A DNA stretch of 64,000 nucleotides from a virus (lineage: Duplodnaviria > Caudoviricetes), in the IMG/VR virus record IMGVR_UViG_3300037424_000564, positions 1 to 64,000 of that record. One strand, given 5' to 3'. The position numbers and the translations under genes are program-made. The stretch's first letter is position 1, and each line of letters starts with the position of its first letter. A model generated the notes under the pieces. The model saw only the letters and a list, made by a program, of their open reading frames with translations. It ran no database searches and had not been told where the DNA came from. Below, one piece after another: positions 34,687 through 44,979 of this stretch.

Positions 34687-35621
34687 TTAAACTCACAATC
34701 GCGCATGATTTCAGTAATACATGCACATAGAGAAATTTCAGGAGCAATCGATAGAGAAGCCTCATATACAAATCTACCTAAAATCATAATAGCAGTAGGT
34801 TTAGATTTATCCACAAGAATTTCATCCAACTTAGAATAAAATTCAGTATAGAAAGTGGAATGGTCAATTTGAGTTACAAGTTTTCTAACGTTATTGAATT
34901 TTTTATTCTTGATTTCTTCCAGAATATTACCAAAGATTGCACCATCAATGTTACGAAAGATAGCGTCATCAATTTTCCCAAACATTTTATAAAACTTCTG
35001 CAATTCGTTTAATGTTTTTCTGAAGTCAGGATAGATTTGTTGAACAAACTCTGCTAGGATTTGTTTATCATATTGGACACCTTCTTGATCGAGAATCCAG
35101 CATACACGTTTAAAGTATGCAACTACCATTGATTTCTTTTCTTTTTGATTGAAATTGAAATCAATCAACTGGCATCTAGATTTGATCTGATCAATAATTT
35201 GTGACATATTATTAGTTGTTAAAATAAATCGACAGTTTGATTCTGTTTGTTCTATCAAAGCTTTCATTGCATCTTGTGCTTGTGGACTTAAACGGTCGCA
35301 TTCGTCAATGAAACAGATTTTTCCGTTATCAGAGAAAGAAGATGTGTTAGCGAACTGTGTGACTTCATATCGCAAGGTATCAATTGAGGTGCTAACAGAT
35401 CCATTTAAAAAAAGTTTATCAGCTTTAAGATCATGAATTAAAGAAAATCCAGCAGAAGTTTTTCCTCTACCAGCAGAAGATGAAAATAAAAGATTAGGGA
35501 TATCACCATCTTTAACAAAATTATCAAATAGATTTTTGATATCTGTAGGTAAGATTAGATCTTTTACAGTTTTGGGTCTGTATTTTTCTACCCATAAACT
35601 TGATTTACCGATTAGTTCCAT
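34683..35621 (-). CDS. gp44: Clamp loader large subunit (gp44-like AAA+)
   Basis: LWVEKYRP, GRGKTS, FIDECD, CRFILT, SRC, YPDFRKTLNELQ. Confidence 0.96.
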   Translation of the reverse strand: MELIGKSSLWVEKYRPKTVKDLILPTDIKNLFDNFVKDGDIPNLLFSSSAGRGKTSAGFSLIHDLKADKLFLNGSVSTSIDTLRYEVTQFANTSSFSDNGKICFIDECDRLSPQAQDAMKALIEQTESNCRFILTTNNMSQIIDQIKSRCQLIDFNFNQKEKKSMVVAYFKRVCWILDQEGVQYDKQILAEFVQQIYPDFRKTLNELQKFYKMFGKIDDAIFRNIDGAIFGNILEEIKNKKFNNVRKLVTQIDHSTFYTEFYSKLDEILVDKSKPTAIMILGRFVYEASLSIAPEISLCACITEIMRDCEFK

Positions 35622-35676
35622 GTATTGTTTTCCTTGTTAAAAAATTCCCGCATAGGTTATTCTATACGGGAATATG

Positions 35677-35799
35677 TTAATTAGAATGATATGTACCACA
35701 AGTAGGGCATCTATGCTGAAAAATTGGAATACCTTTTTCAGAAAGATATATTACATATTCCTCGCCACATTTTAAGCATATAACTACTTTAGTTCGCAT
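35677..35799 (-). CDS. 40-aa Zn-ribbon protein (not in the ORF track)
   Basis: MRTKVVICLKCGEEYVIYLSEKGIPIFQHRCPTCGTYHSN; two CxxC motifs; overlaps the gp45 stop. Confidence 0.65.
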   Translation of the reverse strand: MRTKVVICLKCGEEYVIYLSEKGIPIFQHRCPTCGTYHSN

Positions 35800-36511
35800 T
35801 TGGATCTACGATATTAGTAGCAATAAAGTAAGTCACTCCATTTAAATTAGACCATTTAGAGAGATACTTAGTTTTACCTTTTACTTGTTTGCTACCAACG
35901 TTTAGAGTATACTCACCACCAATAAGTTTAAAATCTTCCATAGAGATACGAACTGGTTCAGTTAGATTATTAATGGTGGCGTCATCAATAACAAGTTCAT
36001 AACTGTTCGCAGAAGTTTCTAGTTCATCGCCAATAGTGATACGAACTAACTTTTTAGTGTTAAATGTGATGGATTCAATGAACATGTATTTTGATTTGAA
36101 TTGAGCAGATGCTTTCATGATAATAGCGATACGATCAGCAGGAAGAGATAGCGCAACACTTTCATCTAAAGTTTTGAATAGTGAATTAGTATCTGGAACA
36201 ATTGGTACTAATTCTTTAGCTGTCGTATAATATGTAATTTTATCACTTTTTGCAGTTATTGATAGAAATTTATCTTTGACTTCAATTTCTGCTTGCTTCA
36301 TAATTGAAAGGATACCAATGAAGTCACTTGTATTATACAATCCAAATGGTTCAAAATCAAATGGAGTAGTGAAAGGATAATTAGCAATAACTGATTTACT
36401 GCTACTAATAACTGAAAACTTATCTGGTTCTACTAACATTTGTTGACTGATACTTGAGAAGTTAGCCAATATTTTTAATTGGACTTCATCAAAATTAAAC
36501 TTAGTTGTCAT
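35789..36511 (-). CDS. gp45: Sliding clamp (gp45-like)
   Basis: LKILANFSSISQQM, FGLYNTSDFI; synteny with gp44 and gp62. Confidence 0.9.
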   Translation of the reverse strand: MTTKFNFDEVQLKILANFSSISQQMLVEPDKFSVISSSKSVIANYPFTTPFDFEPFGLYNTSDFIGILSIMKQAEIEVKDKFLSITAKSDKITYYTTAKELVPIVPDTNSLFKTLDESVALSLPADRIAIIMKASAQFKSKYMFIESITFNTKKLVRITIGDELETSANSYELVIDDATINNLTEPVRISMEDFKLIGGEYTLNVGSKQVKGKTKYLSKWSNLNGVTYFIATNIVDPNAN

Positions 36512-37115
36512 TTAAATCTCCTTGTGGTTGAAATTTATGTTTGTTGTTCTTCATAAATTTCTTAACTTTTTTAGTGGCGATAGAGTTAAGATAACGTCTA
36601 GCCTTACGTGGCTGATAACCTTGAGCCAGTAAATTTTCATATGCTTTTTTATACCCTTCAGAAAAGGCATCTTCTTGTTTTGGTTCTTCTTGTTTTGTTT
36701 CTTCAAGTGGTTCTACATTAATTTCCATTTAATTTCCTTCATCTAGAATAAATTCTAGCTCGGTTAATGTTTCAAATTGTTTACCAATTACTTTCCAACT
36801 ACCATCATAAATATAATACAGATCGTCAGAAAAGTCAACTGAGTCCTCTAAGTCCTTGAAATTGATGTATTCTTCATACACTCTGGAAATGACAGAATCC
36901 CCATCATCCTCGAATTCAGTATAAAATTCAATTTCACCATCTTCAATGAAATCAACTGTAGTCTTAACAATTAATTTTGATTCAGAGATATCTTTAAAAT
37001 AATCATACAATTCAATACCTAGATATTCAATTTCACCATCACCTAGATATTCAACAACTTTGATTGATCCTTTTTTCTTTGTTACACCGATAAAAGTACC
37101 CATAATTAATCTCCT

Positions 37116-37868
37116 TTAAAAAACAGTACTTGAACATTTATCAATTACGAATAATTTTTTACATCTAATCTTTCCTGCTTGTACTGTGATAATATCATCT
37201 ACATGAACTTTACAAAATAAAACTACTCGACCCCCATTTCCTTCCCAATATGTCGCATTAGATACATGAAGTCCTTTTGCACAAGATCTATTAGATAGAT
37301 CGGCTGAATCTTCGCTAATATATGAATCCAATTTATAAAAGAAATTTGAGTTATATAGTGAACTTAAATCCTCATTAACATGTTTATAACAATAAACATA
37401 ATTACCTACAGTTTCAAGTCCAGTTTGGACTTTAATATTTTCTCTAATGTTTTTGGGATCTGTAAGATCAACTACACACTTAGAATAACTAACTTTCATG
37501 TTTTCAGATACAATAGCATTACCGAATACTCTAGCATTATCGAATACTACAACATCACCGTATACTCTAGCATTATCGTATACTCTAGCATTATCGTATA
37601 CCCAAGCATCACCGTATACTCTAGCATCACCGTATACTCTAGCATTATCGTATACTCTAGCATTATCGTATACCCAAGCATTACCGAATACCCAAGCATT
37701 ACCGGATACTCTAGCATTACCGGATACTTTAGCATCATATCCAATAAAACAGGTAGGTTCTACTGATGCAGTGTCAGCTACCCAACCACCTTCAGATCCA
37801 TCTGAATTTTTATGTCGTTTAGCTGGAACTGCACCTGCTCCATCTTCAAAATCGAATGTAGTTTTCAT
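37116..37868 (-). CDS. Hexapeptide-repeat protein, long paralogue with C-terminal CxxGLH domain
   Basis: Same N-terminus as 2266..2595; about 12 VYDNAR-type repeats; SCAKGLHV. Confidence 0.85.
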   Translation of the reverse strand: MKTTFDFEDGAGAVPAKRHKNSDGSEGGWVADTASVEPTCFIGYDAKVSGNARVSGNAWVFGNAWVYDNARVYDNARVYGDARVYGDAWVYDNARVYDNARVYGDVVVFDNARVFGNAIVSENMKVSYSKCVVDLTDPKNIRENIKVQTGLETVGNYVYCYKHVNEDLSSLYNSNFFYKLDSYISEDSADLSNRSCAKGLHVSNATYWEGNGGRVVLFCKVHVDDIITVQAGKIRCKKLFVIDKCSSTVF

Positions 37869-38251
37869 TAGATATCCTCATTTCGCATTTTGGTACGTTT
37901 TGTGTGTGGAGTATTTTCATATTCATATTCATGGTCATCGCACTGAAATACAATATAACGACCATTAATATACTCACATTTACATCCACATTCTAATTCA
38001 TATGTTCCGTTTTCAGCCGACACTTTTTGTTCTCCTTGAGTTTGTTTAAGATTATTCATATTTCACGAAAATTGCATCAATAATATCTGTATAGTACTCG
38101 AAAAATGCAGCTACAACCATCTTCCCATTCTTCAATGATATATGCAATGGGAAATAAAATTGGGGATAAAATAAAGATAACAATTCCAGCAATAGGTAAT
38201 AGCCAAATATGTTTCTGAAAAAATGGGCGAAGAGTTTCTTTTTTATTCATA

Positions 38252-38767
38252 TTACCTCTCATGATGTTTAATTAATGGTACGTCTTTAAATCTAAGAATC
38301 AGTTGATCCATTGATACTGGCTTATAATTCCAAGCATCAACTCCTACATCACATGACCTACAATAATCAGGCATTCCACCATGTGAATGTCCAAATGCAT
38401 GATAGACTCCATAATGCGCTCTATTCCAAACTCTATGAGCATAATGAGAAAGGAAAATAAACTCTTTTTCTACTTTGATAGTTGCTACCTCACGGCACCA
38501 TTTGAATCCGGCATCTTTCCAGTCATTGCCTTCATGATTACCTTTAATAAGATAATGTGTTCCATTTAGTTGTCGGAGATATTGTTTGTGATTTTTGAAA
38601 GCAAAGTCGCCTAGATGATAAACTTCATCTTCTGGTTTGACTACAGCATTATGATTTAGAATAAATGTTTTGTGCATTTCTTCTAAATTGACAAATGGCC
38701 GATTACAATACTTAATAATATTGTTGTGGTTGAAATGTTGATCTGATGCGAACCATACTTTTGACAT
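38252..38767 (-). CDS. Calcineurin-like metallophosphoesterase
   Basis: SDQHFNH, YHLGDF, GNHE, HAFGHSH. Confidence 0.92.
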   Translation of the reverse strand: MSKVWFASDQHFNHNNIIKYCNRPFVNLEEMHKTFILNHNAVVKPEDEVYHLGDFAFKNHKQYLRQLNGTHYLIKGNHEGNDWKDAGFKWCREVATIKVEKEFIFLSHYAHRVWNRAHYGVYHAFGHSHGGMPDYCRSCDVGVDAWNYKPVSMDQLILRFKDVPLIKHHER

Positions 38768-39133
38768 TAGAAATTTACCCACCTTACTAGATCTAGAATA
38801 ATTAAAACAGAATACATAAAGACAAAAAATAAACAAATATTATAAATCCATTTGGTTTCTTGTAATTTAGGTTCATTCACAGCCCACAGATAGGCAATAA
38901 AAAGGAAAGCATCCAAAAAATATTTGAGAATAACGGCAGTTAGTGTCATATTATTTTCCTTTAAATGTGATGAACATAATTATAGAGTTTGACAATCATA
39001 AGGATAGTATGCATATTTACAAAAAATACACTAATTGCTAGAGTATACACCTTTTCTTTTGAAGTTGTTTCAAAAATGTAAAGCCATACGATAAACATAA
39101 AGGCACTTAAAAAATACTCAATCAATGGTTCCA

Positions 39134-39532
39134 TTATTCGTTCCCCTTTTGTAGTATATTTGCGTCATTTGTCGAATAATACACATTTCGGATACCTACA
39201 TAATCGATAAATTCTTGGCAAAATTCACACGGTTTAGCCATACGAAGTTCACCATTTGAATTTATGCGAACTACTAGTATATTATAATCTTTTAGATTTC
39301 GTCTGGCTTTGATGATAGCATGTGCTTCTGCGTGACTTGATTCCAAATAGTTCTTAAATTTATAAGGAATTTTATTAGATCTTACCGCATTATGAGCTAT
39401 AGCGATAACTCGTTTCCCCTTAAAAATAACAGCGGCTATCTTATGCTGTTTATAGGTTGAAAGCTTTGCCTCTTCAATTGCAAGCTTCAAGATAGGAGAA
39501 AATATAAATTTTTTGGTTACGTTGATTTCCAT
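39134..39532 (-). CDS. Zn-dependent deaminase (dCMP/cytidine deaminase-like)
   Basis: HAEAHA and KPCEFCQ. Confidence 0.85.
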   Translation of the reverse strand: MEINVTKKFIFSPILKLAIEEAKLSTYKQHKIAAVIFKGKRVIAIAHNAVRSNKIPYKFKNYLESSHAEAHAIIKARRNLKDYNILVVRINSNGELRMAKPCEFCQEFIDYVGIRNVYYSTNDANILQKGNE

Positions 39533-39592
39533 ATACAGAATATAACAGAGAGGGAGATATTTGTCAATTTAAAATATCTCCCTCTCAATTAA

Positions 39593-39820
39593 TTACCCAT
39601 CGTAACTAGCACCATACGAAATATCAAGGTGAGTGATTCCTTTTGCTTTTGCTTCTTCTAGTTGTTTCATGAGTGAATTGATTTCAAGTCGTGTAGTATC
39701 TACCTTATTTACCTCGCAATCTTCGTCATACCCTTCATTCAAAATTTCATCTTCTCCAAGACTAATAAGAATGAAACTAGAACTTGAACTATTTGCTACA
39801 AATGATTGTCTTGTTTTCAT
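39593..39820 (-). CDS. FVANSSSSSF-leader protein 1
   Basis: MKTRQSFVANSSSSSF N-terminus. Confidence 0.8.
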   Translation of the reverse strand: MKTRQSFVANSSSSSFILISLGEDEILNEGYDEDCEVNKVDTTRLEINSLMKQLEEAKAKGITHLDISYGASYDG

Positions 39821-40287
39821 TTATTCTCCATTCTACACCATTCCATAAATTCAGTGTAATTTTTAAATTGTGTTTTGATTTCTTCTTCTACTTGTGTTGA
39901 TGTGATATTAAAATTACGATAGACATAATCAATATATTCACAATTGTAGAGTTTCTTCCTGCGTTTATTCATTTCTTTGATTCCAGCAAATACAATTGCA
40001 CGATCAACTTTGTATTTTGCTGTGAGATATGATGTGATATCACTTTCAGCAAAATTTAGAAATTGACAGAAAGGACAGTTTTCTTCTGGTGCTTCATACA
40101 TACAGATTTCTTCACCATCAACAGGTACATTTACCAAACCTTCATCACAGAAGATATGCCCATGTTCACATTGATAATGATCGAATTGTGATGGAGAAGC
40201 ATCCCAACCTGTAAAAGTTTCTCCACATAGATCACAAATAAAACTTGAACTTGAACTATTAGCTACAAACGATTGTCTTACTTTCAT
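39817..40287 (-). CDS. FVANSSSSSF-leader protein 2 (Cys-rich)
   Basis: Same leader; CDLC, CEHGH, CPFC. Confidence 0.8.
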   Translation of the reverse strand: MKVRQSFVANSSSSSFICDLCGETFTGWDASPSQFDHYQCEHGHIFCDEGLVNVPVDGEEICMYEAPEENCPFCQFLNFAESDITSYLTAKYKVDRAIVFAGIKEMNKRRKKLYNCEYIDYVYRNFNITSTQVEEEIKTQFKNYTEFMEWCRMENK

Positions 40288-40289
40288 TT

Positions 40290-40694
40290 TTAATTATCTC
40301 CTTCTAGTTTAAACATACCATCGCCTCGATCTTTATCTGACATATAATCATAGAAATCACTATCTTCATTATTATCAATTTCAATAAATGCAATTGAATA
40401 TTTGTCATTAATGGTCTTCACGTATGTATTATATTTTTCTTTATAATCTGGATCTGAGCATATTGATTCTACGGTATCTGTATCACAATATCCATATCGC
40501 TCAATAAAATGCACATTCAATTCTTCAATATTATCCGCAATACTATTACCTAATAATTTAGTTGCTGTTTTTTTGATTTGCTTCTTAGCCCAATCTGGTA
40601 GATTGTCAAAATTAGGAGCAGTAGTAGGATTTTTGAATGCAATAACAAATGAAGATGAACTTGAATTAGCTACAAATGATTGTCTAATTTTCAT
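40290..40694 (-). CDS. FVANSSSSSF-leader protein 3
   Basis: Same leader. Confidence 0.8.
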   Translation of the reverse strand: MKIRQSFVANSSSSSFVIAFKNPTTAPNFDNLPDWAKKQIKKTATKLLGNSIADNIEELNVHFIERYGYCDTDTVESICSDPDYKEKYNTYVKTINDKYSIAFIEIDNNEDSDFYDYMSDKDRGDGMFKLEGDN

Positions 40695-40984
40695 AATGAT
40701 TCCTTTATTGTTGGTATATATTTTAAAAATTGGGTTAAATGACCAGTGTTATAACGACCTGTTGTTGCGCAACGTGTACAATCAACATCTTCTGCATCGT
40801 TATGATAGATACTATGTGTGGTATATCCTTTGCCTTCACAAGAAGGGCATATATCATGAATTCTATACAAATCTTCTCTAAGAATTTTAAACTTATTTTC
40901 CGCTACAAATTTACGGATTCTTTCATATTCTTCAAGTTCATCCACTTTCAATAGATCTTTTTTTAATTCTGCAAGCTTATTCAT
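40691..40984 (-). CDS. DnaJ-like Zn-finger small protein
   Basis: CPSCEGKG and CTRCATTG. Confidence 0.6.
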   Translation of the reverse strand: MNKLAELKKDLLKVDELEEYERIRKFVAENKFKILREDLYRIHDICPSCEGKGYTTHSIYHNDAEDVDCTRCATTGRYNTGHLTQFLKYIPTIKESL

Positions 40985-40992
40985 AATTATCC

Positions 40993-41676
40993 TTAATGAT
41001 TACTAAATCTTACTGCTGTATTGATTTTATCCCAATGTCCACCATGTTCCAGTTCGCTACCCAAAGATCCATCTTCATCACAAAAAGTTCCATATAAAAA
41101 ATTAGTGAATTTGTCAGGTTGATATCCTTGGATTTTATGGATGAAACTTTCTACATTTAATAAGAAATTTTCTTTGATTCTTTTAAGTTTAAAGTAATCA
41201 TTTATAATTTCAAAACGTTTCATATCTGGAATATCATATTCAGAATATCTATCAAGTTCTTCTTCTGATTTATTAGGAAATTGTTTGGTTAATATTTTTC
41301 TAACTCGTTTATCGATATAATTGTCATAGTCTGTATCATCATATCTAAACGAAAAATGAGTAGACAACTTATACAGAATTTTCCATTCATTATCCATTGT
41401 GATATCATCGTACTCATTTTCTGCAAATTTAGGTGCTTCTTCCCACACTCTATTAATACATTTGATATTTTGTGCGATAGATCTTAATTTATTCAGATCA
41501 AGTGGGAATGGTGTGAGTCCAGAGAAAAGATTTTCCATAATAATAGGAGCGACATATTCTTTGGTACGACCAAATACAATATCACCAAATTCTCCTATTG
41601 TATTTGGAATAGCTGATACTCCAATGATGAAACTAGAACTTGAACTATTTGCTACAAATGATTGTCTTGTTTTCAT
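40993..41676 (-). CDS. FVANSSSSSF-leader protein 4
   Basis: Leader starts at ATG 41676; 50 bp identical to protein 1. Confidence 0.8.
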   Translation of the reverse strand: MKTRQSFVANSSSSSFIIGVSAIPNTIGEFGDIVFGRTKEYVAPIIMENLFSGLTPFPLDLNKLRSIAQNIKCINRVWEEAPKFAENEYDDITMDNEWKILYKLSTHFSFRYDDTDYDNYIDKRVRKILTKQFPNKSEEELDRYSEYDIPDMKRFEIINDYFKLKRIKENFLLNVESFIHKIQGYQPDKFTNFLYGTFCDEDGSLGSELEHGGHWDKINTAVRFSNH

Positions 41677-42725
41677 GAGTCGATTCCTTTCCACCAAGAA
41701 GTATAAGTAATCCAAAACGAAGGACGTTCATCCAAATCACGTAGAATTTTATCTGTAATTGGAATTAGCTTAGGGCCTTCTGTTGGACGGGAATCCCCCA
41801 GACGAGGCTCAATACCACCGTAACAAATATGAAGAAATTTATGTAATTCAATCAGATCACGATGAATACTTGTTCCATCACAATATGTATTACCATTAGT
41901 ATGATACCCCATCCAATTCAAAATATATGCAGTTGGTTGATTATTTGTTGGTGTGATATCAAGTTTCGTAGTGGAAATATCAGTAAAACAAGATTCAGTC
42001 ATAGTAAAACAATCATATCCATCTAAATCAACTTTGATAGTAGGTTCCAGAATATAGATATTTACTGGACCTATATATGAAACTCCTTTAACTTTAGCCA
42101 CAAGTCCATCTAAAATTGGAGATCCTGTTGAATGAATTTTTACCAGTGTGCCATTAGTGTATTTCATACTAATTTTCCTTTATAAATTTAAAGAACTTCG
42201 GTGAGAATTCGCCATGATTTAAGTGTCATCCCATCAAATGTTAGTTCAACAGGTTTACCTCGTAGATTAGTGATATCATCAACTTTAGCATCACTCATAA
42301 TAGTTTCAATTCGGTTAATCATTTCAAGCCGTGACTTCGAACGATCTTCTTCTGTCCATTTAGTATATTCTGATATAGTTATTGTATTTACCCATCCACC
42401 GGAAATGAAATCTCCACAACCACAACAACCATTAAATGTGAAATTAAAATTACATCCAAACATTGCTTCATTATATCCACCAACCCCAAACTGAATACTA
42501 TCAATTTTTCCTAGTTTCTTTTCCATTATAATTTTTATACTCCTATATCAACTGTTGGTTGTATATTACAACCAACAGTTGTATATTACAACCATAAGCT
42601 TCATTAAAATGATCCAATCGAACTAATCCATCAAACATAATGTCCATATCTCTAAAAAACTTAGTTGAATATTGCTCTCCTGTAATAGGATTAAGATAAA
42701 CGATATATGGTGGGCTAAGATCCAT

Positions 42726-43820
42726 TTAAACCTCAAAATACGGGCATGATCTACCATTATCCATGATACGTTTACGTTCAACACATGTTAATTTATTATG
42801 CCATACCTGTTCCTGAAAGTCAATTACTTCCAACATATCAATTCCGGTAGTAACATCTTCAGCAAAAGAGCAAGGAAAGAAGCGACAATCAACACTAGTA
42901 TACATACTAAAAGCAGTTGATTCACATGGTTCGATAAACTGGTCGTATTTTTCAAAAATACCCATCTTTTTAAATACTTGGGATACTTTGTTTGCTGAAC
43001 ATGAATCAAATCCAATAGGAACTTTACCATGCATCGCATATTTGATTAGAAATTCAAAATTAGAATCATCAAGCACATGATAGCTTTCACCACGACCTTT
43101 TTGTTTCAACCCAAGAAACACAATGGCATTCAGTTGTTCTAGACGAGGATCATTTAGATACGAAGTAACTACAGAAAGACAATTATTAAAGGTTTCTTTT
43201 GAAACCATTTGATGGATATTAACATACTTCATACCAGCATCAGTAAGACGCTTTACCGCATCATAACAAACGTTAGCGTCATCGTAACAAGAAACAGAGA
43301 TAGCACCACAAAAACTAACTAGCTTTTCAACTAGACGATCAGTTAGACGATCCCCATTGATTGTAATATTTGGAATAACACCATTGTCACGGCAATACTG
43401 CATCATAAGCCATAGATCAGGATTGGAATCAATATCTCCAATTCCAAATGCAACTTGAGTTAGAAAAGGAATACCATCATATTTTGGGAGTTTGTCAAAC
43501 ATTTTAATGAAATCAAAATATGAAGTATTGCGACCTTTATTACCAACATTACCTTTATAGCAGAAAGGACAAGGAATATTATTAACACCATGACATTTCT
43601 CTGAAACTTCAGCATCCCAGATTTCAGGACCAAAAGGAGAATATGTAGGATCTTCTTCTACAGTTTTCCCCCATCGTTCAAAGTATCCTGTTTTGACATT
43701 GAAGTTGTAATTATATTCTGGTGAACGAAATTGTTTAACATCACCAACCATGACAAGAGACACATTTTCCAGATTCATTTTTTTCTCCATTTTATTGAAA
43801 ATTATTTTGTTGGCTTCCAT
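42726..43820 (-). CDS. Radical SAM protein
   Basis: CHGVNNIPCPFCYK cluster motif; VAFG, NITING; C-terminal CESTAFS..PCSF. Confidence 0.85.
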   Translation of the reverse strand: MEANKIIFNKMEKKMNLENVSLVMVGDVKQFRSPEYNYNFNVKTGYFERWGKTVEEDPTYSPFGPEIWDAEVSEKCHGVNNIPCPFCYKGNVGNKGRNTSYFDFIKMFDKLPKYDGIPFLTQVAFGIGDIDSNPDLWLMMQYCRDNGVIPNITINGDRLTDRLVEKLVSFCGAISVSCYDDANVCYDAVKRLTDAGMKYVNIHQMVSKETFNNCLSVVTSYLNDPRLEQLNAIVFLGLKQKGRGESYHVLDDSNFEFLIKYAMHGKVPIGFDSCSANKVSQVFKKMGIFEKYDQFIEPCESTAFSMYTSVDCRFFPCSFAEDVTTGIDMLEVIDFQEQVWHNKLTCVERKRIMDNGRSCPYFEV

Positions 43821-44146
43821 AGTTTGAAAAATTTGAATGGCTTCACATCTTCTGTTGGAAACACACCAATAGCAACCTCTCTACCACCAAGAGCAGATTC
43901 TGTGAATACCTTATGTTTATACTCTGATTTTTTAATATTGTCAAATTCTTTTTGATTTACTGTACAAACAACTTTCTTAAATGAAAATTTCTTCCATACA
44001 ACCATATCAATATCATATTCAAATACAAGATAAGTACCTAATGCAGTATGGGCAGCGATAACAGGAACAAAATTATCAGGAACATCGTCTTTTATAAGAA
44101 TATACATTTTTAGGTTAGAATCATTTTTATAAGTTTCCATTTTCAA
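43802..44146 (-). CDS. Peptidyl-tRNA hydrolase type 2-like
   Basis: KMYILIKDD..AAHTAL..KKVVCTV..AIGVFP. Confidence 0.75.
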   Translation of the reverse strand: MKMETYKNDSNLKMYILIKDDVPDNFVPVIAAHTALGTYLVFEYDIDMVVWKKFSFKKVVCTVNQKEFDNIKKSEYKHKVFTESALGGREVAIGVFPTEDVKPFKFFKLWKPTK

Positions 44147-44471
44147 TTAAGTCTCCCCTTATGTTATTTGTATTCCTTTGGATTTTTTTTGTTCATGTAA
44201 GCGAACATTAGCAATAAATTCATCGTGTCTTTTTTGTTCTTTTTCTTTATATGTGATAACTTTTTCAATAGTATTAAATCGTTCTGATACGCTATCAAAA
44301 TCTTGTTCTTTAAATAAATATATGGACCAACTTGCTACACTGGAATTAATAACTCCAATATGAAACCAATATCGCACTTTATGATATATCGGAAAAAGTC
44401 TATAGTATGCATATTCTACACAATAATACTGATCCCCACCATAATATCTAATTCTACTTTTAAATTTATAC

Positions 44472-44870
44472 TTAGGAATCATTATTAGCTCCATTAATAT
44501 TGATTGATGGACTTTTCACTTTTGCCATAGCTTGTCCGACTGTGATATTTTTACCAGTATGAGTTATAGAAACTCCACCAACAATTGAATATCCCATATT
44601 CATATATGCGGTGACTGTTTGTGTAAATTCATCCCAATCTTCATCTGTATTTTCTATATTAATTCTTCGAACGACAATATACTCATTTTTTTGCTTTTCT
44701 ACAACTTGAACATCTAGAACAGCAATTTGATGATTACAATTATTTTGCTTTTCGTTCACAAACTTACAAACTTGACTGTCAGTATATCCATAACAACCAT
44801 CACATAAGTTGCCCAGATTGGGAATTAGTTTAAAATTTTTATCATTGTATTTAAAAGTTTTACCACTCAT
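44472..44870 (-). CDS. Hypothetical protein with DUF1737-like C-terminus
   Basis: VTAYMNMGYSIVGGVS..GQAM. Confidence 0.6.
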   Translation of the reverse strand: MSGKTFKYNDKNFKLIPNLGNLCDGCYGYTDSQVCKFVNEKQNNCNHQIAVLDVQVVEKQKNEYIVVRRINIENTDEDWDEFTQTVTAYMNMGYSIVGGVSITHTGKNITVGQAMAKVKSPSININGANNDS

Positions 44871-44979
44871 AAATATGTTCTCCTTTTTAGTTTAGGTATG
44901 ATAACAAAAAACTCCTTCAAAGTGACTGTTAAGTACACTCTAAAGGAGTTTGAATTGTTTGTCAATTTTTATTTAAGAA

